64,000 nt of DNA from Leptolyngbyaceae cyanobacterium (GCA_965263355.1 CBDHHL010000056.1:1024001-1088000); one strand, 5' to 3'; counted from the stretch's first letter, positions 49,391 to 60,228 are shown. Translations and numbers: made by a program. Notes: generated from the sequence alone by a model not told the origin.

Positions 49391-52300
49391 TCACTTCCAA
49401 AGTAGTATAGAAGGCAGTTCATTATGGGCTAATCGCAGCAGCTGATAGCCGATGCCGGCGGTGCCTTGGAAAAATCCAGGGTTGAAAACAGAATTGGGTA
49501 AATTGGCAAATAGCTGATATGCGCCTGCCTGTTGAGCACGGGCAACAACAGCTGTAGCTATTTGCAGGGCTGTCTGCCGCCAGCGGTGGTTTTCTGGAGC
49601 GATGCTGTGATCATATCGTTGAGCGCCAGCTAACAGTACCTCAGCCACACCCAAGTTACCACAACAAAGATGATCAATCGCCTTGATGTCTTGTTTCTCA
49701 GTAGTTTGCAAAGCAATGTGTAAGTCTTGTTCTAGCTCTGCCGAGGCTATAGTCTCCATACTACCGATGCGTCCTAAGCCAATACCGGCAGCACCATGAC
49801 ACCATTGCACGAGAAATGTGGGATTATCGTCACGCAGGTCAGGCCAATTTGCCTGAGACTGAGAAAATACACTGCGCTCATAGGCTATACCTTCCAGAGC
49901 AGCCTCCCGATAACGATTATCATCGGTCACCGCATAAAGGCGCAACAGGGCATAGGCTATACCTGCCGCTCCATGGGAAAAGCCTGTCAAAGGCTTTTCA
50001 GCGACAGTTTTCCAAGCTTTGGGATCTGTCACCGAGGTAACCTGACAGCTAAGCAGGTGGTTACCACAGGCAATTGCCTGCTGTAGGACCATCGCATCAT
50101 CAGTGACCTGATACAGAGACAACAAACCAAGAATGCAGCCTGCTGCTCCGCTAATAATATCCAGGCTTTGGTCAGCCGCAATCAGTTCCGGTGTAATCCC
50201 TGTGGCCAGGGTCTGGGCATAGGCCAGCAATGTCTCATCCTCTAAGAACCGACTGATTTTGATAAAGCTATAGATCAACGAACCGACGCCACCAGCACCA
50301 CCCAGCCCCATTAGCCGCACATAGCGCTGTAGCGACAGTATATCCATGACCTGAAGTCGCTCATTTAAGGGGTGTATCACCCGCAGTGCCAAATCTCGGT
50401 AGTGAGAGTCCTCAGTGACCTGATACAGTGCGGCAAAAAACAGAGCTACTCCACAACGACCATCATACAGACTGTCATTGAGCATCTGTTGCTGAAAACG
50501 CTCTGCCTGGGCCACAAACCCCATGCCAATCCAGTTGAGACTGCCATTGTCATCCTGTAAGGCCCTTGCTTCCAGGTCTGTAGCAATGTCTCGGGCAGCT
50601 TGTATCAGCTGCTGATGGTCTAACACAGGCCCATCACTAGTGATATCAGACTGGTTGTCATGGCTGCCGGGTATCGTCATTGGTTGGGCTACTTTGGCAT
50701 AGAATGCCCCTTGAATAATGGCTACCTGTTGCGCCAGACTCGCCTCATTTAATGTCTGAATTTGTTCAGTAACGGCTTGATAACTGGACTGCTTAAAATA
50801 ATTGGCAATGGTCCGACCCTGATTGAGGGGGAGGACTGCATCACTGGTATTAGCAGTAAAGAAGGGAATATCTAACTGTTCCATTGCCTGCCGTTCAGCC
50901 TGTAGCAGAGGCCAGGCATCTGGTTTTTCATTGGCAAGAACAAAGGCTCGGCTGAGATGATCCAGCTCGATGCTATAGTCAACACCATGCTTGAGATAGC
51001 CTGGTGTACAGGCTTGACGCAACAGGGAAAAATAAATGCGAGTGGCTCGCAGAATAAATCGGACCCGCTGGTGTTGCAGATTGGCCAGGGGGCCATTGGT
51101 GGCCAGCAATTGTGATGTTTGTGACCTAAGGAAGCGATACATTTGCTCAAACCCGTCCACAATTTTAGCCTGATACTCATTGGAAGACAGGGGCATATCT
51201 TCGAGATGGGGGACATTTTTCTCGATGGGCAAGGTCACCATTTCGGAGCGCAGATGCATGTTGTCGGTATTAATCGCTTGCCAGCGCAGCAGTTTACGAA
51301 TATGTTGTCGCTGCTCAGTGTGGCCAAGACCACTGATATCATTGGCGATACGCTGATCGGCACTAAAATCCCAACGAGGCAGAAGACCAGTGCGCAGGAC
51401 TGAATTCTGAAAAAGTTGGGCCGACTCGGTATCCAGAACGTCCATTTCAGGGGAGTTTTCGATTAAGTTGGCATCATGATGCAACAGGGTTTCCATGTCA
51501 ATCAGCACCAGATGTTCGCCACTGGCAATTAAATTTTCATAGTGGCAGTCAGTGCCTCGCAGCACATAGATTAAACATGACAACATGCCTGCCCGTTGGT
51601 AAAACCGATCAACTGCATCAGCATCAGTACAGGGTAAATGCTCAACAAATTCTACCCAGCCGTAGTCCTCGCGGTTAAGCACCTGCAGCACTTTGAAATC
51701 TAGCAGCTGACTGTGGTGATTACACCAGGTGAGAAACTGGTTCCAGGCTACTTCCAGCCCCAGGTCTTTGGGTTTATACACCAGCTTGAGGCCCGAATCA
51801 AAGGCAAGTAAGAATACGGTGCGACCCTGATTGTGGGGATCAGACAGAGAGGTTTGAATGGTGGTGACTTTACCCAGGGGGGTAGAGGTGGAATTTTCCG
51901 ATAAAAACTGTTGTTGAATTTCTCCATAATCTTGGGTTAGCCGCTGAATAAATTCTGTTGTGGCATCTACCCATAGGTCGACGGCAACGGCAACGAGGCG
52001 TCCAAGGACTGGATAGTTTTGAAAGAAATGGATTAAGCCATCCTGTAATAGCTCCTGAACAAACTGTTGATATTGGCTATTGGATATGCCTGATTCAGGA
52101 TCTTCGATGCCCAAGAGGTTTAGTAGGTTTTGACCAAAGCTACGGTCTTTGGCGAATTCAAAGTTGAGGGTTTGGTTGCTTAATCCAGAGAGTCGTTGCA
52201 GTAATGCCCGCTCCAGGGGAATGTAAGCTTGATCTGAAAGGACAGAAATTGGTAATGCGGCTGGATTGAGCTGTGAGGCTCCTAATCGGGTGAGTAATCG

Positions 52301-52735
52301 TTGTCGAGCGACGTGGATAGCCGGTAGCCAAATGTCTTCAAAGGGAATAGGATGGTCTGGATCGGTGGGCCAGGGAAAGATGGGGGCTGATACGTCAGTG
52401 GAGGTGGTTTGGACGATGTGTCGTAGGGTATCTGTCCAGGGGGGTAGAGAGTGCTCTGGAGCAAGCTGAACGTCGCCTAGATAGGGACGTACAGTATCCA
52501 GGGTAAGTCCATCCCACTGGAGGCGTTTGTCTAAAATGTCTCGTTGATTTTCATGGGCTACGGTTTGACACCAGCGATCGCACCGTCGATCAATCTCTGT
52601 TTGGCTGTTTTGATCGGGGTTGGGGATATAGCGATCGCTATCCAGTCGTTCCCAAAGAAAGCTGGCATCGGCAACAATCCGAGCCAGCTCAGCATCGGTT
52701 AAGTGAGCCTTTTCCATGATCAATGTATGAGACAT
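49391..52735 (-). CDS. lanM: Class II lanthipeptide synthetase
   Basis: SDPHNQG, LVYKPK, TDCHYENLIA...LIDMETL, GFSHGAAG, WCHGAAG, HLCCGN. Confidence 0.93.
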   Translation of the reverse strand: MSHTLIMEKAHLTDAELARIVADASFLWERLDSDRYIPNPDQNSQTEIDRRCDRWCQTVAHENQRDILDKRLQWDGLTLDTVRPYLGDVQLAPEHSLPPWTDTLRHIVQTTSTDVSAPIFPWPTDPDHPIPFEDIWLPAIHVARQRLLTRLGASQLNPAALPISVLSDQAYIPLERALLQRLSGLSNQTLNFEFAKDRSFGQNLLNLLGIEDPESGISNSQYQQFVQELLQDGLIHFFQNYPVLGRLVAVAVDLWVDATTEFIQRLTQDYGEIQQQFLSENSTSTPLGKVTTIQTSLSDPHNQGRTVFLLAFDSGLKLVYKPKDLGLEVAWNQFLTWCNHHSQLLDFKVLQVLNREDYGWVEFVEHLPCTDADAVDRFYQRAGMLSCLIYVLRGTDCHYENLIASGEHLVLIDMETLLHHDANLIENSPEMDVLDTESAQLFQNSVLRTGLLPRWDFSADQRIANDISGLGHTEQRQHIRKLLRWQAINTDNMHLRSEMVTLPIEKNVPHLEDMPLSSNEYQAKIVDGFEQMYRFLRSQTSQLLATNGPLANLQHQRVRFILRATRIYFSLLRQACTPGYLKHGVDYSIELDHLSRAFVLANEKPDAWPLLQAERQAMEQLDIPFFTANTSDAVLPLNQGRTIANYFKQSSYQAVTEQIQTLNEASLAQQVAIIQGAFYAKVAQPMTIPGSHDNQSDITSDGPVLDHQQLIQAARDIATDLEARALQDDNGSLNWIGMGFVAQAERFQQQMLNDSLYDGRCGVALFFAALYQVTEDSHYRDLALRVIHPLNERLQVMDILSLQRYVRLMGLGGAGGVGSLIYSFIKISRFLEDETLLAYAQTLATGITPELIAADQSLDIISGAAGCILGLLSLYQVTDDAMVLQQAIACGNHLLSCQVTSVTDPKAWKTVAEKPLTGFSHGAAGIAYALLRLYAVTDDNRYREAALEGIAYERSVFSQSQANWPDLRDDNPTFLVQWCHGAAGIGLGRIGSMETIASAELEQDLHIALQTTEKQDIKAIDHLCCGNLGVAEVLLAGAQRYDHSIAPENHRWRQTALQIATAVVARAQQAGAYQLFANLPNSVFNPGFFQGTAGIGYQLLRLAHNELPSILLWK

Positions 52736-52932
52736 TTTAGCTGTCCTCTAAATGTACTTAAGTGGGATAAAAATTGAAGGATAGTAGTCAAGTATTAGAT
52801 GTCAGTGAGGTTCTGGATTCCGACACTTGATCCCCGACACCACACCTAGCCAGGGCTCCTGGCTTATGTTGATGCCTAAATTACTTTCTATGACAAACTT
52901 AGTTATTATTTTACTGAGAGGGGAGCACTGAC

Positions 52933-52987
52933 TGTCGTTACAGAAAATGTCTGGAAAACCAATAAAAATTGTCAGATAATGTCAGAA
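52933..52987 (-). promoter_or_regulatory. Composite conserved upstream motif before lanM
   Basis: TGTCGTTACAGAAAATGTCTGG + TGTCAGATAATGTCAGAA. Confidence 0.6.
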
Positions 52988-53076
52988 TAGTTGGAGAACA
53001 AAACGCGTAGGTTAGTCTGACATAGACGATGTTCTCTTGACTTAGATTGAGAAGACGATTTATTTCTTGGGAGGAT

Positions 53077-53102
53077 GTGTCACGCATCGCGATACGTGAC
53101 AC
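53077..53102 (-). terminator. Hairpin downstream of the precursor gene
   Basis: GTGTCACG/CGTGACAC. Confidence 0.45.
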
Positions 53103-53178
53103 ACCTAAATCATATCAGGTGGTGTATTAGGTTAACGCCTTAACACATTCTAAACCTGAGCTTATTAACTATACTTAC

Positions 53179-53460
53179 TTAGCAGACCGCCACGGCATTA
53201 GTTGGGAGACAGTTACTGCTTAGGTCAGCACTATTAATACAAATACGACCACCCGCAACGGCAAGCAAATCCTGCTCACCCAGTTCAGTGGGAGAGGTAA
53301 TCTGCTTTGTCATCATTTGAGAAATATTCTCAAGGGTGAAATCGTGTCCTTTATCTATGCCAGCATCCATGATTAGTGTAATCACCTCTGCTAGATTATT
53401 TGCTTCCTTGATTTGCTGAGACAATTGAGTATCGCCGAGCAATGTTTTGATTTGATTCAT
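53179..53460 (-). CDS. Nif11-leader lanthipeptide precursor (LanA)
   Basis: AAGGAG RBS; Nif11-like leader ending ELGEQDLLAVAGG; core RICINSADLSSNCLPTNAVAVC. Confidence 0.88.
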   Translation of the reverse strand: MNQIKTLLGDTQLSQQIKEANNLAEVITLIMDAGIDKGHDFTLENISQMMTKQITSPTELGEQDLLAVAGGRICINSADLSSNCLPTNAVAVC

Positions 53461-53614
53461 AACTTTTCTCCTTGTTTAATATTGTGAGAGTTTCTGAGTT
53501 CAAGATTTCTCTTTTGCTCACCACCATTATAGCCATGACCCAAGAGAACGAGAAGAGTAAAAAGAGTTTTTTGAGATTATTTTTGAGATTATTTTTATTC
53601 AGCCTCAAACATGA

Positions 53615-53650
53615 AAACTACTGCGCTAAAGCTATTTAGCGCAGTAGTTT
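53615..53650. repeat. 16-bp inverted repeat upstream of the precursor gene
   Basis: AAACTACTGCGCTAAA-gcta-TTTAGCGCAGTAGTTT. Confidence 0.65.
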
Positions 53651-53965
53651 GTTGTTGCAACAGAAGATAGATGGGGTCTACATAGATATAGTCACACTGT
53701 TTTAGAGGAATGTTTTAATGGAATGTTTTAATGGAGAAGCTAACTAGTGTAAGGTGACTCCTCGTCTAAGGTTTTTTCCATAACTTCTTTGAAAAGTGCA
53801 AATGCCTATGGAGAATTACTTGCAGAACAGATTGATGATTGCTTCCCGTAGGAGTTATTTCTAATATAATCAATATTTGGTTAAAGATCAGTTGGCTGAG
53901 ATATGTAAGAGTGCGTTCTGCTATTTATGCACCTTAGTAATCACTTTACCAAGCATGAGACTGAC

Positions 53966-54017
53966 TGTCGTTGCAGGAAATGTCTGGAAAGCGACAAAAA
54001 GTCAGACGATGTCAGGA
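53966..54017 (-). promoter_or_regulatory. Composite conserved upstream motif before the Nif11 precursor
   Basis: TGTCGTTGCAGGAAATGTCTGG + AGTCAGACGATGTCAGGA. Confidence 0.6.
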
Positions 54018-54254
54018 TGACTAGAAAATAAAGAAGGCTATGCAGACATTGCTCGCCTCACATAGCCTTCTCCAGGCTGGAATTGTTGGGATGATAGAAG
54101 GTTTGGTGGAGAGTGAGGGAGGTATGAGGAGGGTTGTCCCAAACTAACGAACCCTGAGCAGATCCGACATAATCCAACCAGTGTTGCAAGCGACTAAATT
54201 AGTCAGGAGAGTCCAACTGAATAACAATTCCCTGACTGAGGATATCCATAGAGT

Positions 54255-55700
54255 TTATATATCATGCTCCTGTTTCCATTGATTAACAATGGTCTGGAGA
54301 GTTTGTTGATTAAGTTTTCCCTGGGCATTTCTAGGCAGGCTATCAACGGGGACCCACAGCTTAGGGCACTTAAAACGAGCAATGGTGTCCTGCAGAGCGG
54401 CACAGATCTCTTGGGCTACCAGGGTAGAGGTATAAGGCACATAGACCGCTGTGACACATTGCCCCCAGTAAGGATGTGGCATCCCCAGGACCGCCACATC
54501 GGTCACCAGGCCAGTAGCCCGAATGGCTGCCTCAACTTCAGCTGGAAACACATTTTCGCCACCGGTAATAATTTTGTTACTAAGGCGACCTACTAGGGTG
54601 AGATAACCTTGCTCATCCAGGTATCCCGCATCATCAGTTTTGAAAACAGTTGGTAAGTGGGGATTCTCTATGGACGTTTGTCCACTCCATCCATGGGGAT
54701 AGTAGCCCAGGGCTAAGGAATCCGCTACAATCTGAACCTGCCCCAGAGTCCCGGCAGCAACAGGCTGTCCCTGATCATCCACAATGGTCACCTGGGCATG
54801 GGGCAGCACTTGCCCGACACTTTGGTTGCCCGCCAAAAAATCGGTTGGTTTCAAGGTGGCAATTTGGGCAGCGGTTTCTGTTGCACCATAGCAAGGGGCC
54901 AGGGGCAGACGATTTGAACGAGCCTGGGTAAGTAATTGTGGCCAACTGGGGGCACCACCCAGCAAAATGGTTTTGCATTGGCTTAACCATTGAGCCAATG
55001 CTGGCTGAGCCAGCAATGCTTGCAACTGAGTAGGGACCAGGGAAATAAACCACTCCGATGGGTCAACCGGTAATGCCTGCCCTGTCTTAAGGGCCTTAAA
55101 CGTCATGAGCTGTAGCCTTCCTCCGGAGAGAAAAGAACGCATAAATTGCATTAAGCCACTAACGTGATAAAGGGGTAGAACACATAGGGAATTGACGGTA
55201 TCTATTTGGAAATAGTGCTGAAAGCCATACGCTGCTGCTGCCAGTGTGTCCCAACGATGTATGACAAATCGAATGGTGCCTGAGGATCCCCCAGTTGGAA
55301 TCAAGATTAGATTTTCATCGTGACTTGATGGGTTGAGGGATAATGGCGTGACCCCCTCCGTAAGACCAACGTTTTGACCAGCAGATTGTTGCTTAAAATA
55401 ATCACAATTTCCCCATATCTGGTCTGGTTGGGCAATGGCCAGAGCCTGTTGCCATTCCATCATTCCCCATTGAGAATTACCGAGAAATACCTGAGGATAA
55501 GTGGCCTGAGCCGCCAGGAATCCAGCCAGAAAACGCGTAGGGTCTGGTTCTGCCAACAGGATAGATTGCCCATGGCCAGTTTTCTTGACTGTCGCAAATT
55601 CTTGGGCAAGCGTCTCAACTAGGGTCAGAAATGCTTGGGCATCCTGTCCCACTAGCCAGTTATCCCGAGTTCGTTTTTTCAATAGGTCTAATGTGTTCAC
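54255..55700 (-). CDS. menE: o-succinylbenzoate-CoA ligase
   Basis: IPTGGSSG, LPLYHVSGLMQ, SLVPTQL, YGATETA, IITGGENVFP.EVE; adjacent to menD. Confidence 0.88.
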   Translation of the reverse strand: MNTLDLLKKRTRDNWLVGQDAQAFLTLVETLAQEFATVKKTGHGQSILLAEPDPTRFLAGFLAAQATYPQVFLGNSQWGMMEWQQALAIAQPDQIWGNCDYFKQQSAGQNVGLTEGVTPLSLNPSSHDENLILIPTGGSSGTIRFVIHRWDTLAAAAYGFQHYFQIDTVNSLCVLPLYHVSGLMQFMRSFLSGGRLQLMTFKALKTGQALPVDPSEWFISLVPTQLQALLAQPALAQWLSQCKTILLGGAPSWPQLLTQARSNRLPLAPCYGATETAAQIATLKPTDFLAGNQSVGQVLPHAQVTIVDDQGQPVAAGTLGQVQIVADSLALGYYPHGWSGQTSIENPHLPTVFKTDDAGYLDEQGYLTLVGRLSNKIITGGENVFPAEVEAAIRATGLVTDVAVLGMPHPYWGQCVTAVYVPYTSTLVAQEICAALQDTIARFKCPKLWVPVDSLPRNAQGKLNQQTLQTIVNQWKQEHDI

Positions 55701-55774
55701 CGATTGATACCTGAGAGATTTACCCTAATCAGGGGACTTCATCGGCCCCCACAATATGTTGATCTATCTTGGAT

Positions 55775-57595
55775 TTAGATGGGGAAAGCAATAGGCTGTA
55801 GTGCTTTCACAATTTGCTGCTGTAATGTTTGGTGTAGGGCCAGATTCTCACGGCGATTGGTGGCCACCTCAATGACGGCAGAACATTGATGATCTAGGGC
55901 TGTTTTATAAACCTGGGTGAATTCTGTTACTGTTTGAGGACAATAATAGTCGAGATTAAACATCTGGCTGACCGCCTTAAATGTGAACCCATGGGGGGCA
56001 CCAAAATAGGATTCGAATACATCGTCACATTGGGCGACGGGTAAAAAGGAGAAGATGCCGCCACCATCGTTGTTAATGACGATAACAATCACTGGTTGGG
56101 CCAGGCCCTTTAGGATTGCCAGGGAATTCAGGTCATGTAATAGGGATAAGTCTCCCACTAACAGGGTTACCGGTGTTTGTCTTCCCATAGCAAATCCGGC
56201 AGCAGCGGCGATCGCACCTTCAATTCCACTGGTACCGCGATCGCAACCCACTATCCTGGTATTGCCGTCAGGAGCACCGTACATATCCATATCGCGGATT
56301 GGCATACTGTTGGCTAAATAAAGACCATGGTCAGGGGGAAGTTGGCGGGATACCAACCGAGCAATGGCCGGTTCATTGATAGTAGGTTGAGATTGGAGAA
56401 CTTGATCAATGATCTGGTGAATGCGTTGAGATGCGTTTATCAGTTCCGTTACCCAGGCTTCAACACTCCGGGTATGGATTTGAGGCAATAACAGCTTCGT
56501 TAGATAACTCAGATCAGCATCTAGCCGCAAGGAGACCGTGTGGGCAGGATCATGGCGCTCAGGGTTGTTGGCAATTACAATATGGTATTGTGGCTGGCCG
56601 GCTAACCATTGTAAAAAGCGTTTAGAAATCAGTCGCCCCCCAATCTGCAACACTGTGTCCACTGACCATTGTTGATAGTTTTCTAGCAACCAGAGCTGAT
56701 CAAAATAGGGAACAATTGTTGGCAATGTACTATTTAACCGTAGACCTGATTGAATATCAGCAAACACTGGCCAGTTCAAATGTTTAGCCAGGGTCAACAC
56801 CGCTTGTTGCTCGGTCTCATTCGCCAGTTGTCCCACCACCAGTAGTCCCCGTCGGGTCTGATTTAGGATCTCCGCCAGGTTAGCAACATCTGAGGCTAGG
56901 GGAACTGTGACCGATTGTCCATAGTGACTGTAAGCAGTGGACCGGGCCAGCCAGTTTTGTAAGGGCGCTAAATAGTCTCTCTCAAACAGCTCACCCATTT
57001 CAGTTTCAACCGTTTGAACTGTGGGAGCTAAGGGCTCTCGAAATTGGCAATTGAGATGGACAGGACCGCCGGGAGCACGGCAGGCACGATAGACAGCCTG
57101 GTCAACCGTGGTTAAGAGCATCTGGGGGGCGATTTGGAGATCTGGACAGGGTAGTTCAAACTCCCATCGAACATGGTGTCCGTACAAGTGTGTTTGCCGA
57201 ATGGTTTGATTGGCTCCAGTTTGCCTTAGCTCTGGGGGGCGGTCGGCGGACAGAATAATTAGAGGCACGGCATCTGTCGCTGCCTCAATTACTGCTGGGT
57301 AATAGTTGGCGGCAGCGGTACCTGAGGTACACACGAGCACCGCTGGCTGGCCCGTAGCCCGAGCATAGCCCAATGCATGGAAGGCGGCGGCCCGTTCATC
57401 GAAGCATACGATCGTTTGTGCCTGGGCATGGCGTGCGATCTCAATCGTCAGGGGTGTGGAACGAGATCCCAGTGAGATAACGAAATAAGCAATATTATTT
57501 CTGACCAGTTCTTCAATCAATAGAGAGCCCCAAAGACTATTGATGTTGGCAGTATTAATGGCCATAGTCGGTAATTTAGACAATTTTAGCTTCAA
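55775..57595 (-). CDS. menD: SEPHCHC synthase (start may be ATG 57565)
   Basis: GSRSTPL, DERAAAF.ALG, TSGTAAANY, ADRPPEL..GANQTI.Q, NSMPIRD, GDLSLLHD.N, NNDGGGIF. Confidence 0.93.
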   Translation of the reverse strand: MKLKLSKLPTMAINTANINSLWGSLLIEELVRNNIAYFVISLGSRSTPLTIEIARHAQAQTIVCFDERAAAFHALGYARATGQPAVLVCTSGTAAANYYPAVIEAATDAVPLIILSADRPPELRQTGANQTIRQTHLYGHHVRWEFELPCPDLQIAPQMLLTTVDQAVYRACRAPGGPVHLNCQFREPLAPTVQTVETEMGELFERDYLAPLQNWLARSTAYSHYGQSVTVPLASDVANLAEILNQTRRGLLVVGQLANETEQQAVLTLAKHLNWPVFADIQSGLRLNSTLPTIVPYFDQLWLLENYQQWSVDTVLQIGGRLISKRFLQWLAGQPQYHIVIANNPERHDPAHTVSLRLDADLSYLTKLLLPQIHTRSVEAWVTELINASQRIHQIIDQVLQSQPTINEPAIARLVSRQLPPDHGLYLANSMPIRDMDMYGAPDGNTRIVGCDRGTSGIEGAIAAAAGFAMGRQTPVTLLVGDLSLLHDLNSLAILKGLAQPVIVIVINNDGGGIFSFLPVAQCDDVFESYFGAPHGFTFKAVSQMFNLDYYCPQTVTEFTQVYKTALDHQCSAVIEVATNRRENLALHQTLQQQIVKALQPIAFPI

Positions 57596-57901
57596 TTTTA
57601 GAGTCGATTGTTAATGGTTTACTATTGTGTGTCTCGGAGTTCAATGTCGTTGACGACTAACCCTGAGCGAAGGCCACTGCAAATTCAGTGGTATCATTGC
57701 TAACCCAGCCCACAGGGACCACGTATCACCCCCGTTCAAATGGTTTCAGTTGCTCAATAGGCTGCCCATACCGGTTGTTTGGGATACCCCCCCACAGCGG
57801 GGGAAAGACTAGAATACTCTCCGAGAAACGCAAGGTTCTACAGAATATATGCCCTTTCTAGTTTCCGGTTGCTGTATTCTAACTTCTAGCTGTTGATATT
57901 C

Positions 57902-60103
57902 CTAAACGGCCTGAATCAATTGAGTGTAGATCCCATTGCGTTGCCATAAGGTGTCATGGGTGCCCTGCTCGGCTACTTTGCCATTGTCTAAAACAACAAT
58001 CTGATCACAATCTCGAATGGTACTCAGACGATGGGCCACTATCACATGGGTGCAGCCACGCTGTTGTAGATTATGGCTAATGCGCTGTTCAGTTTCAGCA
58101 TCCAGGGCACTGGTCGCTTCATCCATTACCAAAATTGAAGGATTATGAACCAATGCACGGGCAATTTCTAGGCGTTGGCGTTGTCCGCCGCTGAGATTGT
58201 GTCCCCCTTCCATTAACTCACCCTGAAATCCGCCAGGAATAGTGTGTACTGCTTCAGTGATCAAAGCATCGTCACAGGCTTGGATAAGTTGTGGTTCTGC
58301 CACGCGATGATCCCATAGGGTGAGGTTGTCACGAATGGTACCGCCAAATAAAAAGATATCCTGTTCCACCAGTGCCAGAGATCTGGCCAGAATCGGTCGA
58401 GGGATAGCCGTTATGGGCACACCATCCAGTAAAATTTCGCCGGACCAGGGCTGATAGAGACCACAGATAAGTTTAGCCAGCGTCGATTTACCCGAGCCGC
58501 TGCCCCCTACCAGAGCTAAACGTTCTCCAGGTTGCAGGGTGAGATTAAAATTTTCTAGTAAAGGTGGTGCAACCCGAGAATATCCAAAGGTAACCTGACG
58601 CAGTTCAAGATGACCGCTCAGCTGTTGCGTCTCTGACCATTGCTGAAGAGCTTTTGGTGAGGACTCGATCAATGGTGACTGTAGTTTGCGATCGCTAACA
58701 TCAACCATTGGATCTAACGGATGTTGCAAAACATCTTCTAAAGACGTTAGGTTACCATCTAGTTCCTGTAGACGACTGCCAAAATTAACTAAATCGGTAA
58801 CTGGCATTTGAAACTGTTGCATCAAATGTTGAAACGCCACCACCATACCAATGGTCATTTCACCATTCATAACCCGAAGTCCCCCTATTAGCAAGATTAA
58901 CAATGTTGTTAAAGCCGTTAAAAAAATAGGTAAAATTCCGAGGTTTTGGTTGGAGAGTTCAAGGTCCTGCTGGGTGTTAACTACCTTGGCATAATACCCA
59001 GCCCAGCGAGTAAAAAAGTCGGACTCCATGGCAGAGGCCTTAATGGTTTCTATATTCTTGAGTCCAGTAATGGCCACACTCTGGGCTTTGCCTCTATCCA
59101 ACTGTAACTTGAGGCTAGCATCAATGCGGTGGCGAGAAATCCATTGGAGTACCAACACATTGAGAACGGAAAATACAATCCCAATAATCGTTAGTAGACC
59201 ATCGTAAGCAAACATAATTCCGGCATAGAAAATCAGCATAACACTGCTGATAATGGTGGTGGCCAGTTGTCCAGAGAGGACATCGGCAACTCGATTGTTA
59301 ATCTGCAGACGATTGACCACTTCTCCGGCTAAGCGATGGGCATAAAAGTCCACAGGCAACCGTAGGCTTTGCCAGAGAAAATGACTGGACATGGTGGTGG
59401 CCAGTTTAATCTTGAGTTGTCGCAAAAAGCGTAGTTGTAGCAGCGACAGGATGATTTGGATTGTCAGCGTAAGGAGCATGGCCAGAATTAATGGCCGGAA
59501 CCACTCAGTACGATGGTCAATTAAAATCTGATCGACAAAAATTTGGCTAAAAACCGGTAAAATAATATTGGGAACCGTCAGGAGAAAGCCAGCAATAACA
59601 CAGTAGAGAATCGTCCCTCTAGAGGCCCGCAGACGATCGTTTAAGGCTTTTACTAAATTGGGTTTATGTCCCCCTGGCTGAAAATTGGGTCCTGGGTTTA
59701 AGGTGAGAAGCACTCCAGTAAAGGCTGCGTCAAACTCCTTGAAAGAAACACTGCGGGGACCTGTCGCTGGGTCGTTAATAAATACGCGATCGCGACCAAT
59801 CCCCTCAATTACAACAAAGTGGCCAAAATTCCAGAATACAATGTAGGGGGGCTTAAACTGACTGAGTTGTTCCAGTTCTGCTTTGTAACCATTGGCCTCC
59901 AGACCATAGCGCTGAGCTGCTTTAATAATGTTGCTAGCTTTACTCCCGTCCCGAGAAACCCCGCACTCCACCCGCAACTCGGTCAGGGGAACAATCCGTT
60001 TATAGTAGGCCAAAATAATGCCCAGGGTAGCTGCTCCACATTCCACCATTTCCATTTGAAGTAGGGTGGGAGTAGGTACTCGTTTTGGTTGTAAAAAAAG
60101 CAC
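57902..60103 (-). CDS. NHLM-type RiPP ABC exporter, C39 peptidase/ATP-binding subunit (track start 60211; GTG 60103 more likely)
   Basis: PTLLQMEMVECGAA, GVSRDGS.AS, WNFGHFVV, NDPATG; GGSGSGKST; LSGGQRQRLEIARAL. Confidence 0.9.
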   Translation of the reverse strand: MLFLQPKRVPTPTLLQMEMVECGAATLGIILAYYKRIVPLTELRVECGVSRDGSKASNIIKAAQRYGLEANGYKAELEQLSQFKPPYIVFWNFGHFVVIEGIGRDRVFINDPATGPRSVSFKEFDAAFTGVLLTLNPGPNFQPGGHKPNLVKALNDRLRASRGTILYCVIAGFLLTVPNIILPVFSQIFVDQILIDHRTEWFRPLILAMLLTLTIQIILSLLQLRFLRQLKIKLATTMSSHFLWQSLRLPVDFYAHRLAGEVVNRLQINNRVADVLSGQLATTIISSVMLIFYAGIMFAYDGLLTIIGIVFSVLNVLVLQWISRHRIDASLKLQLDRGKAQSVAITGLKNIETIKASAMESDFFTRWAGYYAKVVNTQQDLELSNQNLGILPIFLTALTTLLILLIGGLRVMNGEMTIGMVVAFQHLMQQFQMPVTDLVNFGSRLQELDGNLTSLEDVLQHPLDPMVDVSDRKLQSPLIESSPKALQQWSETQQLSGHLELRQVTFGYSRVAPPLLENFNLTLQPGERLALVGGSGSGKSTLAKLICGLYQPWSGEILLDGVPITAIPRPILARSLALVEQDIFLFGGTIRDNLTLWDHRVAEPQLIQACDDALITEAVHTIPGGFQGELMEGGHNLSGGQRQRLEIARALVHNPSILVMDEATSALDAETEQRISHNLQQRGCTHVIVAHRLSTIRDCDQIVVLDNGKVAEQGTHDTLWQRNGIYTQLIQAV

Positions 60104-60201
60104 AATGCTTGGTCTCCAAGAGAGTTTGCAAAAGATAGGTGTCAGAAAATGTCTAATACCAAACCCGAGTTCATTAACCCCGATAAAAAATACATCAGTC
60201 C

Positions 60202-60228
60202 GTAGGGGCAATCCCTTGTGGTTGCCCT
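60202..60228 (+). repeat. REP-like core repeat, copy 3
   Basis: GTAGGGGCAATCCCTTGTGGTTGCCCT. Confidence 0.6.
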
